Assembly: GCA_004431415.1 (NCBI GenBank)
Contig: QPMI01000222.1
Span: 88,033-152,032 of the forward strand
Length of the DNA: 64,000 bases
DNA from: Cyanophora paradoxa CCMP329
Lineage: Eukaryota > Plantae > Glaucophyta
Direction: 5' to 3'
Notes under the pieces: generated by a model
Told to the model about the DNA's origin: nothing
Databases searched by the model: none
Seen by the model: only the letters and a program-made list of their open reading frames with translations
Translations under genes and position numbers: made by a program
Part shown: positions 24,701-36,143 of the stretch, one piece after another
How the letters are laid out: every line of letters begins with the position of its first letter
Numbering within the stretch: position 1 is the stretch's first letter

Positions 24701-27015
24701 GCACGCGGGGCGCCGAGGCCGGGGCCGGCGGGGCGCACCACTGGACGCCCTTGAGGATGCCGTTCTCTGCCGACACGTCGACCCAGTACTGCCGCCGCCG
24801 CCGACGCCGCCGTCAGCGCGAGCCGCGGCCGCCGCGCGCGCGAGCAGACGCGGCGAAGGCTGAGGCTGAGGCCGCGGCAAAGGCGCACTGTGAGGCCGCG
24901 ATCCTTGAGGATTCGGGTGACGACCTCCATCTCGGGCGTCTGAAGCCGCCTGCGCAGGCGGGGTCGGGCCCGGGCCCCGGTCGTGGAGGGGCGGGGCGGG
25001 GCGGCCCCGCGCCGCGCGCGGCCGCGGCGCACCTGTAGGAGACCATGACGTCCAGCGCCTTGATCGGCGTCTGCGCGTCTGCGGGGCGGGGCGGGGCGTG
25101 AGTGCCGGCCGGCAGCGCGGGCGACGCGGGGCGCGGGGGCACCGGGCTCCACGACGGAGGTCCCCTGGGGCTGCGAGGGCGGCCCGGGCCGGGGCGGCGT
25201 GAGCTGCGGGCCGGCGCGGGACCAAGCTTCGAGGCGGGGCGGGGCGGGGCGGGGCGGACGCGGATCTTGGCGGCGAGGTCCTGCACCGCCTTCGCGTACG
25301 CGGCGCCTGGGAGCGAGGGGCAGTCGGCGCCGGAGGGGCGAGGGGCGTGCTGGGCTCTCGGCGGGCGCGGGCACCTTGCTGGCCCTGGGCGTGGATCTCG
25401 TCGACGCGGCCCAGGACGCCCAGCGCCGCCGCCACACGCCCCGGGTCCGCCTGCCTTCCGCATGGGCGGGACGGCGGGGGCGGGGGCGGGGGCGGCGGGC
25501 AGACGCGTACTGTGGAGGCGGCGGGGAGGGCGGCGGCGAGGGCGTGGAGGGTCTGGCCGCCCGGCGCGAAGGAAACGAGGCGCTTGCCGAGCCACGCCGC
25601 GTGCTCCAGCTCCCGCACGCACGCCCTGCGCCCCGCACGAGGCTCATGATCAGCGGCTTTGGGCGGCGGCTGGACAGGGCGAGCGCGTACGGGGACTGGA
25701 GCCACTCTGAGGGGACGATGGGGAGTGAGGCGCGAGGAGGGCGCGGGGGCGCGGGGCCGGGGCGCGGGCCGGGGCGGCACCGGGGGTGGCGAGGACGACG
25801 AGGCACTCGGCGCCCTCGATGGCCGCCGAGATAGCCTTGCGCCTGCGCGCCGGCCCGGCCCGGGCTCAGCCGGCGCGCCCGGCGCCGCGGGCGGGCGGGC
25901 GGGCGGGGGGGGCGGGGCGCGCCTGGCGAGGTTGGCGATCTCGCCGTCCAGCTCCGCCACGTCGTCGTCGTACCAGCACTGCCGCGCGCGGCGGCACCCG
26001 CCGGCGTCAGCGGGGCGAGGGCCGAGGGGCGAGTGCGGGAGGGGGTGCAAGGAGGGGAAGGGGGGGGGGGGCGGGGAGGGGGGGCGGGAGGGGAGCGGGG
26101 GGAGGAGATACAGCAGCGAGGCCGGGGTACGGGGGTGGGGAGGGAAGAGAAGGTAGAGCAGCGAGGTCGGGGGGGGGGGGGGGGGATAACAGCGAGGCCG
26201 GGGTACGCGGGGTGTGGAAGGGGGAGGGGAAGAGAAGGGAGAGCAGCGAGGTCGGGGCGGTGTAGAGGGGGGGGGGGGGGGGGAATAGGGCAGAAGGGGA
26301 AGGCGGGGGGGCGGGGGGGAGGAGGGGGTCTCAAGCTTAAGCGAAGGTTACGGGAGGGGCACCTTGAGGCCGTGGCGCTCGAGGGCGGCGGCGAGGGACG
26401 AGGCGGCGGCGACGCACGCGCCCCGCGCGAAGCTCAGCACCCTGCGCCCCGCTCGGCGCCCGCGGCCCCGCCGGAGGGGTACCGGGGCGGACGCACGCGT
26501 CGTGGTAGTGGATGGGGGCCTCCGGCCGCGGGTCCGGCAGCGGCGCCGCGCTGTAGTTCCGCGCCCGCCGCTTCCGCGCCGCAGGAGGGGCGGCCTGCGG
26601 GGCCCCGGCCGCGTCCGGCGCGCGCGTCAGAGGCGCGAGCGCGATCGCACACGGTGCGACGGGGCGCGCACCGGCGGGGCGCTGCTGTGGAACTGGACGG
26701 CCGCAGGGGCGGGAGCCGGCGGCGGCTTGGCGTCGCCCTGCGGGGGCGGGGGCGCGGCGCGTCACGGGCGCACGGCGAGCGTGGGCGCCCAGCGGGGCGC
26801 GCTCGCGCCTGAAGGACGTCAACGTGCACGTCCTCCGCGTCCAGCGACGGCGCCGCTCCGGCGCTCCACGATGACGACGTCATTTGCATGCAGAGCTGGC
26901 CTGGCCTGGGCGAGTTCTGCATCTGCAGGAACTCCTCGGCAGGATCCGCGGCCGCGGGTGCCGCTGCTGTACATGTCGGCGCCGGCGCCCAAGACCCCGA
27001 CGCTGACGTCGGCAT
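15704..27015 (-). CDS. Large multi-exon TIR-TIR, helical linker, TM, coiled-coil, divergent beta-propeller-like, FN3 protein (predicted type II membrane protein)
   Basis: TIR1 (~26510-25570): HDAVLSFARG...LAAALERHGLKCWYD...AISAAIEGAECLVVLATPEWLQSPACVRELEHAAWLGKRLV. TIR2 (~25055-24315): DVMVSYRR...ILKDRGLTYWVD...GVQWGKAIAAAIKGASTMLVLLTPDWIQSQYCIDEFEYACAQHKRVVII. Linker: FDAEAARLHTQLTLRA...LLHGFALEEAFEWL...KPTPEQVVLIHNS. TM: KRRTTAIVVATIAAVLLAALIVSIIFAI (~23135-22990). Coiled coil 22930-22440, then DPESALLFAIEA. Further minus-strand exons 22070-16500, then MDVSREALLRASCGVVSRGFDADE, FN3-like ATPDTTYTCTARVKSSAGFG, and TAA at 15704. Middle exons were not all junction-resolved and the start codon is tentative. 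Confidence 0.8.
21662..21738. repeat. 25-bp intronic tandem repeat x3
   Basis: (TGACTGCCACTATTTCGGCAA[A/T]TTT)x3, contiguous, no spacers. Confidence 0.92.
24077..24113. repeat. 12-bp intronic tandem repeat x3
   Basis: (GAAATCTAGACG)x3. Confidence 0.9.
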
Positions 27016-27750
27016 GATCGCCGGCCAAGCTGAGGGCGAGCCGCGCGCGCGCCGGACGCTCTTGGAGATCGCCCCGCCCGCGTCCGCTGATTAGCTTGCA
27101 ATTGCTAGCGCTGCGTCGACGTCAGGCGCTGCGAGCTCTAGCTTGCTGGTGAGCTTGCTGGCAAACTGCTGCGATCAGTCGAGCTCGAGCTCAGGCGTTG
27201 CAATTTTTGCCACCGCGCGCTTCGGGGCACGCATGCGTGATCTGCAGATTCTGCACTCGTGCCGGTGCGACTCGTGCGAGACAGGCAGGGCCTCACGACT
27301 TGGACTCGCGCGACTTAGCACGTTAACAGGCTAATAGCAGCTCCTCAGCGACCCGGCGGTTAGGCCCGTTAGGGGCGCGCGCGCCGCGGCGCGCCGCGCG
27401 GTACCGGATCCGGAATCGTGAGTCGTGATCATGACGTCGACGGCCACGGACGGCCCACGGTCCGCCCACCGTCCAGACGTGACGGACCCTGGAGGTCGGT
27501 GACGCTTTGCTTCTACCCCTGCAGACCTCGGGTACAGAAACGCTGCGTTCGCAATTCCACGCACGCAGAACGCTCGGACTGGACAGCCGCCGCGGTAGCC
27601 CGCGGTTTGTCGTGCTTCTCCGGTGCCATGGAGCTAAGCTAGACATCCAGATCCACCGACCCAGCCCGAGCCCGTTTTAGGCCGACTTTAGCTATCGCCG
27701 CGCGAGGGCCTCAGCGAGCGGGCGGATCGGCCTTCAAGAGCGGCGGCAGC

Positions 27751-30637
27751 ATGGCGGAGGCGAGCTCTGAAACCGCCGCCCCGCAGCCGGCATCGGCCTC
27801 TCAAGCCGCAGCGCCGCCGCCTGCCGCGGAGGCGGCGCAGGGCGCAGCAGAGCTGCCGCGCCCCTCTAGCGCCGCGACCGTTAGCATGGGCCCCAGCGGC
27901 GCCAAGAAGAAGAGCCGCGCGGCCAAGGACGGCAAAGTCGACCCGCTCGCGTTCCTCGACATGGTCGTCATTGCGGATGCGGAGGAGCCGCAGGAGGAGG
28001 AGGAGGAAGAGGAAGAGGACTCTGGCGCCGAGGGGGAAGGCGGCTCCCCGGGCGAGGAGGGGGACGCGCAGCCGCGGCAGCTGAAGAGTCTCGGGAAGAG
28101 CAAGAGCTTCGCTTCCGGGAAGCTCATAAAGGTCGGGAGCAAGAAGCAGCTGGACATGCCGGAGCTCGAGCTGAAGAACATCGCGAGGCCGCCGCGCGCG
28201 CGCGACCACGCGACGACGCGCGAACGCGGCGACAACCGGCGCCGCTCCCTCGCGACCGACGTCCCCGCCAACCTCCCCCAGGCACGGCCGCCGCCGCTCC
28301 GCGCTCGCTCGTCCCCCGCCCGCCCGCCCGCCTCGCGCTGAGCGTGGGGCGCGGGGCGCGCAGCCGACGTTCATCGAGGAGGTGCGCGAGTTCTACCAGC
28401 AGCACCGGGCGGCCAGCACGCGCCGCGAGGTCGCCGCCGAGCGCGCCGCGCACCTCCAGGCGAGCCAGAGCCTTGCGCCGCCTCCGCCCCGGAACCTGAC
28501 GCGCGGCAGGCGCTGGAGGCGGCGGGGCTCATCGAGTCGGGGCAGGCCCAGTCGGCCGCGACCGAAGAGATGCAGCGCGCCGCCGACGCCTACAGCGACA
28601 TGCGCGCACCTCCCCCCCCCCTCTTCCCCTCACCTGATCTGATCTGACCTCCCCGCAGCAACCTGCTGCGGCGGGACATGCTCCGCTTCGACAAAGGGGT
28701 CTCGGACGCCATCGGGCGGGTGTGGGCGCTCGTGGACGCGGCGGGGGCGGGGCGGGTGGACCGCTGGCAGTACCGCGACTTCTTCATGCTCCTCTACCGA
28801 GGGTTGCACGAGGTGCGGGGGGCGCCGGGGCGGGCCGCGGCGGGCGGGGGGCGGGCCGGGCCGGGCCGGGCCGGGCTCTAGGGCCCTGTGAGACTTCGAG
28901 GGCGGTCCGGTTGGGAGGGAGCGTTTATGGCGGGCCTCGCAGGAGTGGGACGAGGGCCAGGCGGGGCAGCACGCGCGGGAGGACTGGGAGATCGACCGCC
29001 GCGGCACCGACTTCGTCGACCGCGCCCGCTTCAAGCTCTCCCTCTTCCAGGTGCGAGATGGACAGAGAGAGAGGAGTTCTAGGAGACCCGCCTCGCTCTC
29101 TCTCTCTCCCTCTTCCGGCTCGCTCTCATCTCCGCGCTCCCCCCTCCATCTCAGCTCGCCGACGCCTGGACGGAGTCCATCGCCGCCCCGGAGTGCGCCG
29201 TACCCCCCGCGCCCCCCGCCCCCCTACCCCCCACCCTCATTCTATCTCTTTCTGAGCGCCGAGGGGGGTACAGGTACATCCGCTTCCTGGAGCGGGTGTA
29301 CGAGCGGGCGACGAAGCCGGACCCCGCCACCGGCAAGCCCGTCCTCCGCCAGGTCCGAGGGGGGGTTGGGGGGGGGGGGGGAAGGAGAAGGGGGGGAGGA
29401 GATAGAAGGGGCGGGGCCTAAGGGGCGAGAGGGGCGAGAGGAGCCCTCCGACAGGTCCGAGGGGCGGGGGGGGGAAGGGGGAGGGGAGGAGAAGAGGGGG
29501 GGGGGGTCGAATGGATGGATAGAAGGGGACGCGCTTCGCCCCCCAGGCCCCCGCCCCCGCTCGCCCCGACCCGACCCGGTCTCACCCGATCCACCCGCTC
29601 GCCAGTGGTTCGAGCTGGAGCCCGGGGGCATGCTACCCACCGAGGAGGAGCTCGCCTCGCTCGGTACCCCCCCCCCGCTCCCCCCTCCCCCCCCGCCTAC
29701 GTCTCACCCTCTTCGTTCGCAGGGATCTCGATCGAGGGGCCGCTGGGCGCCCTGCCCGAGCTTCAGCTGGGCGAGTCGCACCTCCCCGCCGACGGGCCCA
29801 AGCTCGAGGTGCGAGAGGCTTCAGATTTGATCCCGCGGCCCAGATTCGATCTGAGCGCCTCTCCTCTCCTCGTTGCAGCTGGCGAAAGTTCGCCTGGCTG
29901 GGTTCGGAGGCGGCGCGGCGCACAGGCCCGACTGCCCCTGCGTCCGGTGCCAGGTGCGCCGCACCCCTCCCGCTGCGGCACCGGTCCCAGCAAACGCGCC
30001 GCCCCTCAGAAACGGCGGGCGATGGCGGCGAAGGAGGAGGCGCTGCGCCGGCAGCGGCGGAAGCTCATCGGCTTCGGCCGCGTCGAGGTGCTTGGCTTGC
30101 TTGCTTGCCGACTCCTTCGGCTTCGCTTTGCTTCCCGGCTTCCTTCCTGACAGCGCGCGCGCGCAGGACGCGCCGTCGGCGCGGCGGGAGGCGTCGCAGC
30201 CGCTGAACCACTCCCGCGCCGGCAGCCGCCGGCCCTCGACCTCCTACTCCAACGTGCATCCCCCCTCTCCCCCCCTCCCCCTTCTACCCCCCCTGACACC
30301 CCCCCCCCCCCCCCCCCTACAGCTGGAGCAGGCGCCGAGGAGCTCACGGCGGGCCTCCGTCATGGGCCACCCGGCCTCCTCCGCCTCCATCGTCGAGCGG
30401 TGCTGCGGCCTCTGCGTCTTCCCTCCCATCTCTTCTTCTGCTCGAACTAAGCTCCGCCGCGCAGGGCGGGGTCGATCCGGCGGGACCGCGGGGCGGCGAT
30501 CGAGCTGGCGGCCGGCGCCGCCGCCGAGCGCATTATGGCGGCCGCTATGGCCGGCCGGCCGCCCCTCTCCGGCGGCCGCCGCATCTCCGCCCGGGTCCAG
30601 CAGGGCGGGACCGGAGGGGCGCTGGACTCGCCGGCGC

Positions 30638-30670
<33 letters not shown>

Positions 30671-33503
30671 GCTCGAATGTCCGCACGCCCTCCCCCGCCG
30701 GCTCACGGAAGGAATCGCCCTCGGGGTCCCGCCGCGAATCCGCCATAGTCTCGGACGCAGGCTCCCGGTGCGCTGTACCCCCCTCCCTCCCCTTCGGATC
30801 TAACGTACCCCCCACCAGGTCGCGCTCGGTGGGTAGCCTGCAGGCCGAGGCCCGGGCGGACTCCCCCGCCGGATCGAACCGGGGTACTCCGAGGGCGGGG
30901 GCGGGTGCGGCGACAGGGTCGCCAGCCCTGCGCGCCGCGCGCGCCCCGCACGCCGACTCGCCCCCGCGGACGCCAGCGCCGGCGGGGCCGCCGGCGGGGG
31001 GTACGCCCAGCATCCACCTCCGCCGCGCGAGCGACACGATGGGCGAATCGGACCTGGAGCTGGGGCCGGCGGCGGCGGCGGCGGCGGCGGGGGCGGCCCC
31101 GGGGGGCCTCGCCCCCAGCGACGCCCTCTCTGCCTCCTCGCGGCTCCACCACGTCGCCTCGGTGCCGGTACCCCCGCAGGACCTGGGCCCTGAGCCGCTA
31201 GAGGGCCTTGCGTCCATCGGGCCCGTGCCCAGCCCCCAGCGCGGACCCGCCGAGCCGCAGGCGGCACCGTCGCCTGCACCCGAGCCCGAGCCCGAGCCGG
31301 CGGCGGCCCCTGCGCCGGCCCCGGCCCCGGCCCCGGCCCCGGCCCCGGCCCCGGCCCCGGTCCCGGCCCGGCCCCGGCCCCGGCCCGGTGCAGCCGGTCG
31401 AGGCCGCCCCGTCTCCCGAGGCCGCCGCCGCCCTCCGCCCGGCCTCCTCGCTCCCCCTCCGCCCCGCAAGTCCGCCATGAAGCGGCGCGAGTCCGACACC
31501 CCCCTCCAGGCCCCGGCGCCCCCGCCCGAGGCCCCCGCCGAGCCGGCGTCTTCGGCTCCCGATCCCGCCCCGTTTACCGTTCCGACTCCGGCGCCCCTCC
31601 GGTCAGCGATGAAGCGGCGCTCGTCTGCGGCCTCCGATCCGCCGCCGGCCATCCTGACGGAGCCGGCGGAACAAGCCGCCCCGGCCCCGGCCTCGGCGTC
31701 GTCCGCTCCCCCCTCCCCTTCGCCCGCCCCTTCGCCCGCCCCTTCACCCGCCCCCGCCGCGGCCCCGGCTCGTGCGGCGTCGCCCTCGCTGCCCCCGGCC
31801 CCCCTCCGATCGGCGATGCGGCGTCCGTCCGTCCAGACCGACGCGCCGCCCGCCGCGTCGGCCGAGCCGCCGGGCCTCCCCTCGGCCGCCTCCGCCCCGC
31901 CCTCGCCCTCCCTCCCCCCGCGCCCCTCCGCTCCGCGATGAAGCGGCCCTCGGTCCAGAGCGACGCGCCGCCGCCCCTCGCGCCGCCCGCCCCGTCCGAA
32001 CCGCCGCCGGCGCTCCCTTCCGCCGCGTCGGCGCCGGCCTCGCCGGCCGCCGCCTCTCTGCCGCCCCCGCCGATGCGCTCCGCCATGAAGCGCCCTCCGT
32101 CTCCAGCGACGCGCCAACGTCCGCGGAGCCGCCCTCGCAGCAGCCGCCCTCGCGCCCGCCGTCTGAGCCGTCCGACTCGCGGCCGCCCTCCGCCGCCGCC
32201 GCCGCGCCGGCGCCCCGCCGGTCGGCCATGCGCCGCCGCGATTCCGACGAGTCCCCGCCGCCCCGCCCGCCGCCCCTGCCCCCGCCCCCGAGCCGGCCCC
32301 CGCCACCCCGGCCTCCCCCGCCCCGGCGCTCGCGTCGGCCTCTTCTGCGCGGTCCTCGCTGGCGCCCGTCGTGGTACCCCAGGTCGCCCCCTCGGAGAGC
32401 GCGCGGGCCGCCTCGCCCCCCGCCGACCCCTACGGCGTCTCCGCGCCCTACGAGGCGGGGGAGGCCGAGCCGCAGGGGGGGTACGCCCTCCTCGGGGACG
32501 ACCCCGAGCGCGACGAGCTGGAGGAGGAGTGGGAGGAGTTCAGGCGGCAGGAGGGCCTACCCCCCGACGGGGACGGGCCCAGTACCCCCGACGAGTTCCT
32601 CGCCTGGGCCGGCCTCTCCCGCTCCCGCTCCGCCCCCATCATCGGTAACCCTCTACCCCCTTGTACTTTCCCCCGCCTTCCGTCCATCTCACGCTCCCCT
32701 CCAGATGACGTCGCCGCGTTTCTTCGGCCGCGAAACGTGTACCGCCTACCCCCACCCAAGCCCCGCTACATCCTGGTTTGCCGCGTACCCCTCCCCGCGC
32801 TCCCGTACGCATTCTGAACTCTTCTCCCCAGCCGCCCGTGACGTCCGCCCCAACGTTCCGCGCCGTCATCGCCCGTGCGCCGTACCCCCCTCCCCTTCTT
32901 CTGGAGCTCTGAGCTGACGCGGGCGCCCGGAAGTGCCGCCGACCGGAGTCGACCCGGCGGCGCCCCCGCGCAAGGGCTCGCACCGCGCCGCCGGCTGGTC
33001 CTTCGTCTCCGTGGCCCGCGACGGCCGCAAGGGGTACGCACGCCTTTCCTCTGCCCCGGCGCCCCGCCCCTTACGCGCCCCGCCACTCGGGCAGGCGCGT
33101 GGCGCAGCGGGACGTGCTGGAGACGGTTCGGGCTGCGCGGGAGGCGCAGCACGCGCTGCTCGAGCGCGACTGGGACGCGAGAATGCGCGCCGAGCGCGAC
33201 CGCCTCGTCCGCTCCTCCGCGGCCGCCAAGGCTCGCCCGCCCGCCCGCCCGCCCGCCCGCCCGCCCGCCCTTTCCCTTACCAGGAAACAGGTCGGGTACC
33301 GCCCTCGGACGCGGGAGGGCGCGCGGGCGACCTCGCCCCCGACGATCGTGCCGGCGCGCTACTTGGACGCGGCGGAGAGCGCCGAGGCGGGTTTCGTCCC
33401 GGAGGGCCACAGGGCGCCCCCCGGGGCCCTGTTCCCGGACCGGCGCCCCGCCTCCCGCGGCTTCCAGCGCTCCCTCCACGCCGCCTACCTATCCGTCGAC
33501 TAG
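27751..33503 (+). CDS. Multi-exon protein with an EF-hand-like conserved domain and a long Pro/Ala/Ser-rich tail
   Basis: Spliced core AYSDINLLRRDMLRFDKGVSDAIGRVWALVDAAGAGRVDRWQYRDFFMLLYRGLHE-EWDEGQAGQHAREDWEIDRRGTDFVDRARFKLSLFQ-LADAWTESIAAPE-YIRFLERVYERAT (28580-29350) looks like a degenerate EF-hand pair. It is followed by low-complexity exons with repeated (R/K)SAM(K/R)R motifs; the last exon ends AAYLSVD-TAG at 33503. The tail shows frame changes. Confidence 0.65.
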
Positions 33504-33826
33504 CACTAACCGTAGTGCGAATTTCGTGTCGAAGAAGCGTCGCTCTGTCCTCTGAGGCTCGAATCTTTTCCCTCCGTGGAGAGGACGCGTCAAAGAGTGC
33601 GCACGAATCTTTTCTGTGAGCTGAGAGGCAGGACTACTGCTAGCTAGCAAGCCTGCGTGAACTCGGGATGGATCTGCCAAGGATCTGCCATCTCGAGTCT
33701 CGCTCGAGCTCGAGGGACCGGAGACTCTCTGAGAGGTCAACGTTCCTCAGACTCGTCGACTACCTATCCGTCGACTAGCGTGCATGAATCTCTTGTCGAG
33801 GGAGCGTTGAAAGGAACGCTTCTCCC

Positions 33827-35738
33827 TCAGAGGAAGGGGTAGCGGGGGAGGCCGAGGGAGCCGCGGGGGCGCAGTGCGACGTCGGAGAGGGCGAGGCGGA
33901 GTGCGACGGCCGCGGGCCCCGCCGCGTCCGCCTCCTCCTCCAGATCCAGCGGCCGCGCCTCGCGCACGGCGAGCCAGCCCCGCGGCGTCTTTCGCCGCAG
34001 CGCTTCCCGGTCCCACGCCAGGCCTGCCCCCGCGGATCCGGAGTCGATGTGGGGCCGGGAGGGAGGGAAGCGGCGGGGCCCCGCACCACCGAAGGGGCTC
34101 TCGAGGGCGATGCCGGCGGCGGGGACCTCGGCCCGCGCCCGCGCGAAGAGCTCGTACTCCTGGGCGGAGGAGAGGCTTCAGCCAAAGCTCAACTTAGTAA
34201 GGGAAGGGGCGGGGGCTCTGGGCGGACCTCGGGGAGTTGGTGGGGCTCGAGGTCGGGGGCCAGCAGGAGGCAGACGTGCGGCGCGTCCTCCTGCCAAAGG
34301 AACAAAAGTAAACAGATTTGATCTTCAAGCTGAAGGCTTAGCTCAGGGCTTTAATTTGATATCGCGCGCCTCCTCGTCGTTGATGCGGAGGTAGGAGGCG
34401 CGCCAGGGCCAGCCCCGGGCCGTGAAGGTCGCCCGGAAGAGCGCGTGCCCGGGGCCCGCCTCGGCGAGCCGCAGCTCCAGCTCCTGGGGGGCCGGTACCC
34501 CCGCGGGACCCGCCCGCGGGAGCGCCGGCACCAGCTCGAGCCGCTCGGGGCCGAAGTGGAGGGCCCCGGGGGGGGCGACCCGCTCGGGGAGGGTACCGGC
34601 GAGGGCCGCCTCGAGGAGCTCGAGGGGTACGCCGGCGGCGGCGGGGCCCGGGGCGATCGCGAGGAGGGAGAGGAGGTCGGCGCGGGCGGCCCGCTCGGCG
34701 GCGGCGGCGGCGGCGGCGACCTCGGCCCGCAGCGCGGCCGCCCGCTCCTCCGCCTCCGCCAGCCACGCCCTCTCGTACAGGTCCACCGCCGCCCGCAGCT
34801 GCGCATGCCGGGCCGGGGCCAGGGGGTCAAGCCACTGAAATTTAGAAATGCAGGGGCTTATTCGGAGTGAGGTATGATCTTAACCTTAAAAAGAATCTAA
34901 TAGAATGCAGGAGCAACAGATGAGAGAGATATGAGACCGAACCTCGGCGGCGCGGGCGCGGGCGGAGGCGGCGGCGGAGGCGGCGGCCCCGTCGACGCGG
35001 CGAAGGGCGGCCTCCCGCTGCTCCCCGAAGAGCTCCGGCTCCTCCTCGGGCCCGCGGCCGGGCTCATCCTCCTCGAGCTCCGCGCCGCAACCCTCCGGAT
35101 CCTCCTCGTCTTCTTCGCTGGAGTCGGATCCGGAGTCGGAAGGGGCGGCGGCGGCGGCCGCGGGGCTGGAGCTCGAGGCGGGCCGGATCCGGAGCTCGCG
35201 ATCGGCGCGGAGCGCTAGCTCGGCGCGGCGGCGGGCGATGCCCTCGGCGATGGCGAGGAGGCGGAGCTGCTGCTGGAGCGAGTCTGAGAGCACGGCAATC
35301 GCGTGGTTGCGCTGCAGCTCCGGCCGCGCCCCGTGCAGGCCCCGCCACTCCCGCCCCAGCAGGTCCGACGTTGCCCGGCATTGCGGGCACTTGATCCGCC
35401 CGCCCGCCAGAACTGCGCGCGCGCCTATCGGGCGACGCCAAACGATACTATAAAGCTGCCGCGCACTCTTTTCGCAGCAATCGGCGCAGCTGCGGGCGGG
35501 GCGACCGAGCGGTCAAAATTTGATCCGCGGGTCGCGGCGTAGATCAGGCGCGGAGGGGGCCCGCGCACAGCGTATGGGCGCATGCGGGTAGGATCCGAGG
35601 ATCTCGGTACACGGTGAGGCACACCGGGCACTCGGCGTGCGCTCGCAGCTGCTCGACGACGGCCTTCACCTGCGCCAGCGGCTCCAGTGGCGGAGCCGGG
35701 AGTGCCCGCGGGGTCGAAGGCACGGAAGAGGCCGGCAT
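33827..35738 (-). CDS. RING-HC (C3HC4), coiled-coil, MATH/TRAF-like protein; probable E3 ubiquitin ligase
   Basis: Spliced ECPVCLTVYRDPRILPACAHTLCADCCEKS...IKCPQCR...RNHAIA (TRIM-type RING), then an Ala/Glu-rich coil. The C-terminus FTARGWPWRASYLR...HVCLLL...RRF...GLAW resembles a MATH domain (weaker call). TGA at 33829-33827. Confidence 0.75.
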
Positions 35739-36143
35739 GTGTCAATACGAGCCTGCGCGGCTGGCGGCCGGCTGAGCTGGTGCCGCGGGAGCAACGTCGA
35801 CCGTCCGGTCAGGTCGGCCCGGCGCGCTCCGCCGTGACGCACCGGCTAGAAACAGCCGTCTGAGACTCGCGCGCACGCTGTCGGGTCTGCGGGACGGTGC
35901 TGGATATCGGCGGCTCAGCGAACCTCGACCAGCGACTGTACCCAGGCCGAGACTCAGTTTTTTTTGTCCTAACTTTGTCGGAGCGGCGGCCTGCGAGAAG
36001 TCCCCGGAGTCCACGGGGCGAGGCCGAGCCGCACGAAATCCGCTAGCGCTGTCTGGTCAGCAGCAACAACAGGTCGCGGTCACGCGGGAAGCTAGATCAC
36101 CGGCGAGCTTGGCGGAGAGCACAGGAGCTGTACAGTCTCAAAG
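35739..36143. promoter_or_regulatory. Probable bidirectional promoter region
   Basis: Only 405 bp separate the divergent ATGs of the RING gene (35738, -) and the dynein gene (36144, +). No specific motif assigned. Confidence 0.45.

Noticed and set aside
15704-27015. Bacterial contamination, or an NLR/STAND ATPase
   Set aside because: The gene has many spliceosomal introns, and no P-loop was found between the TIRs and the TM.
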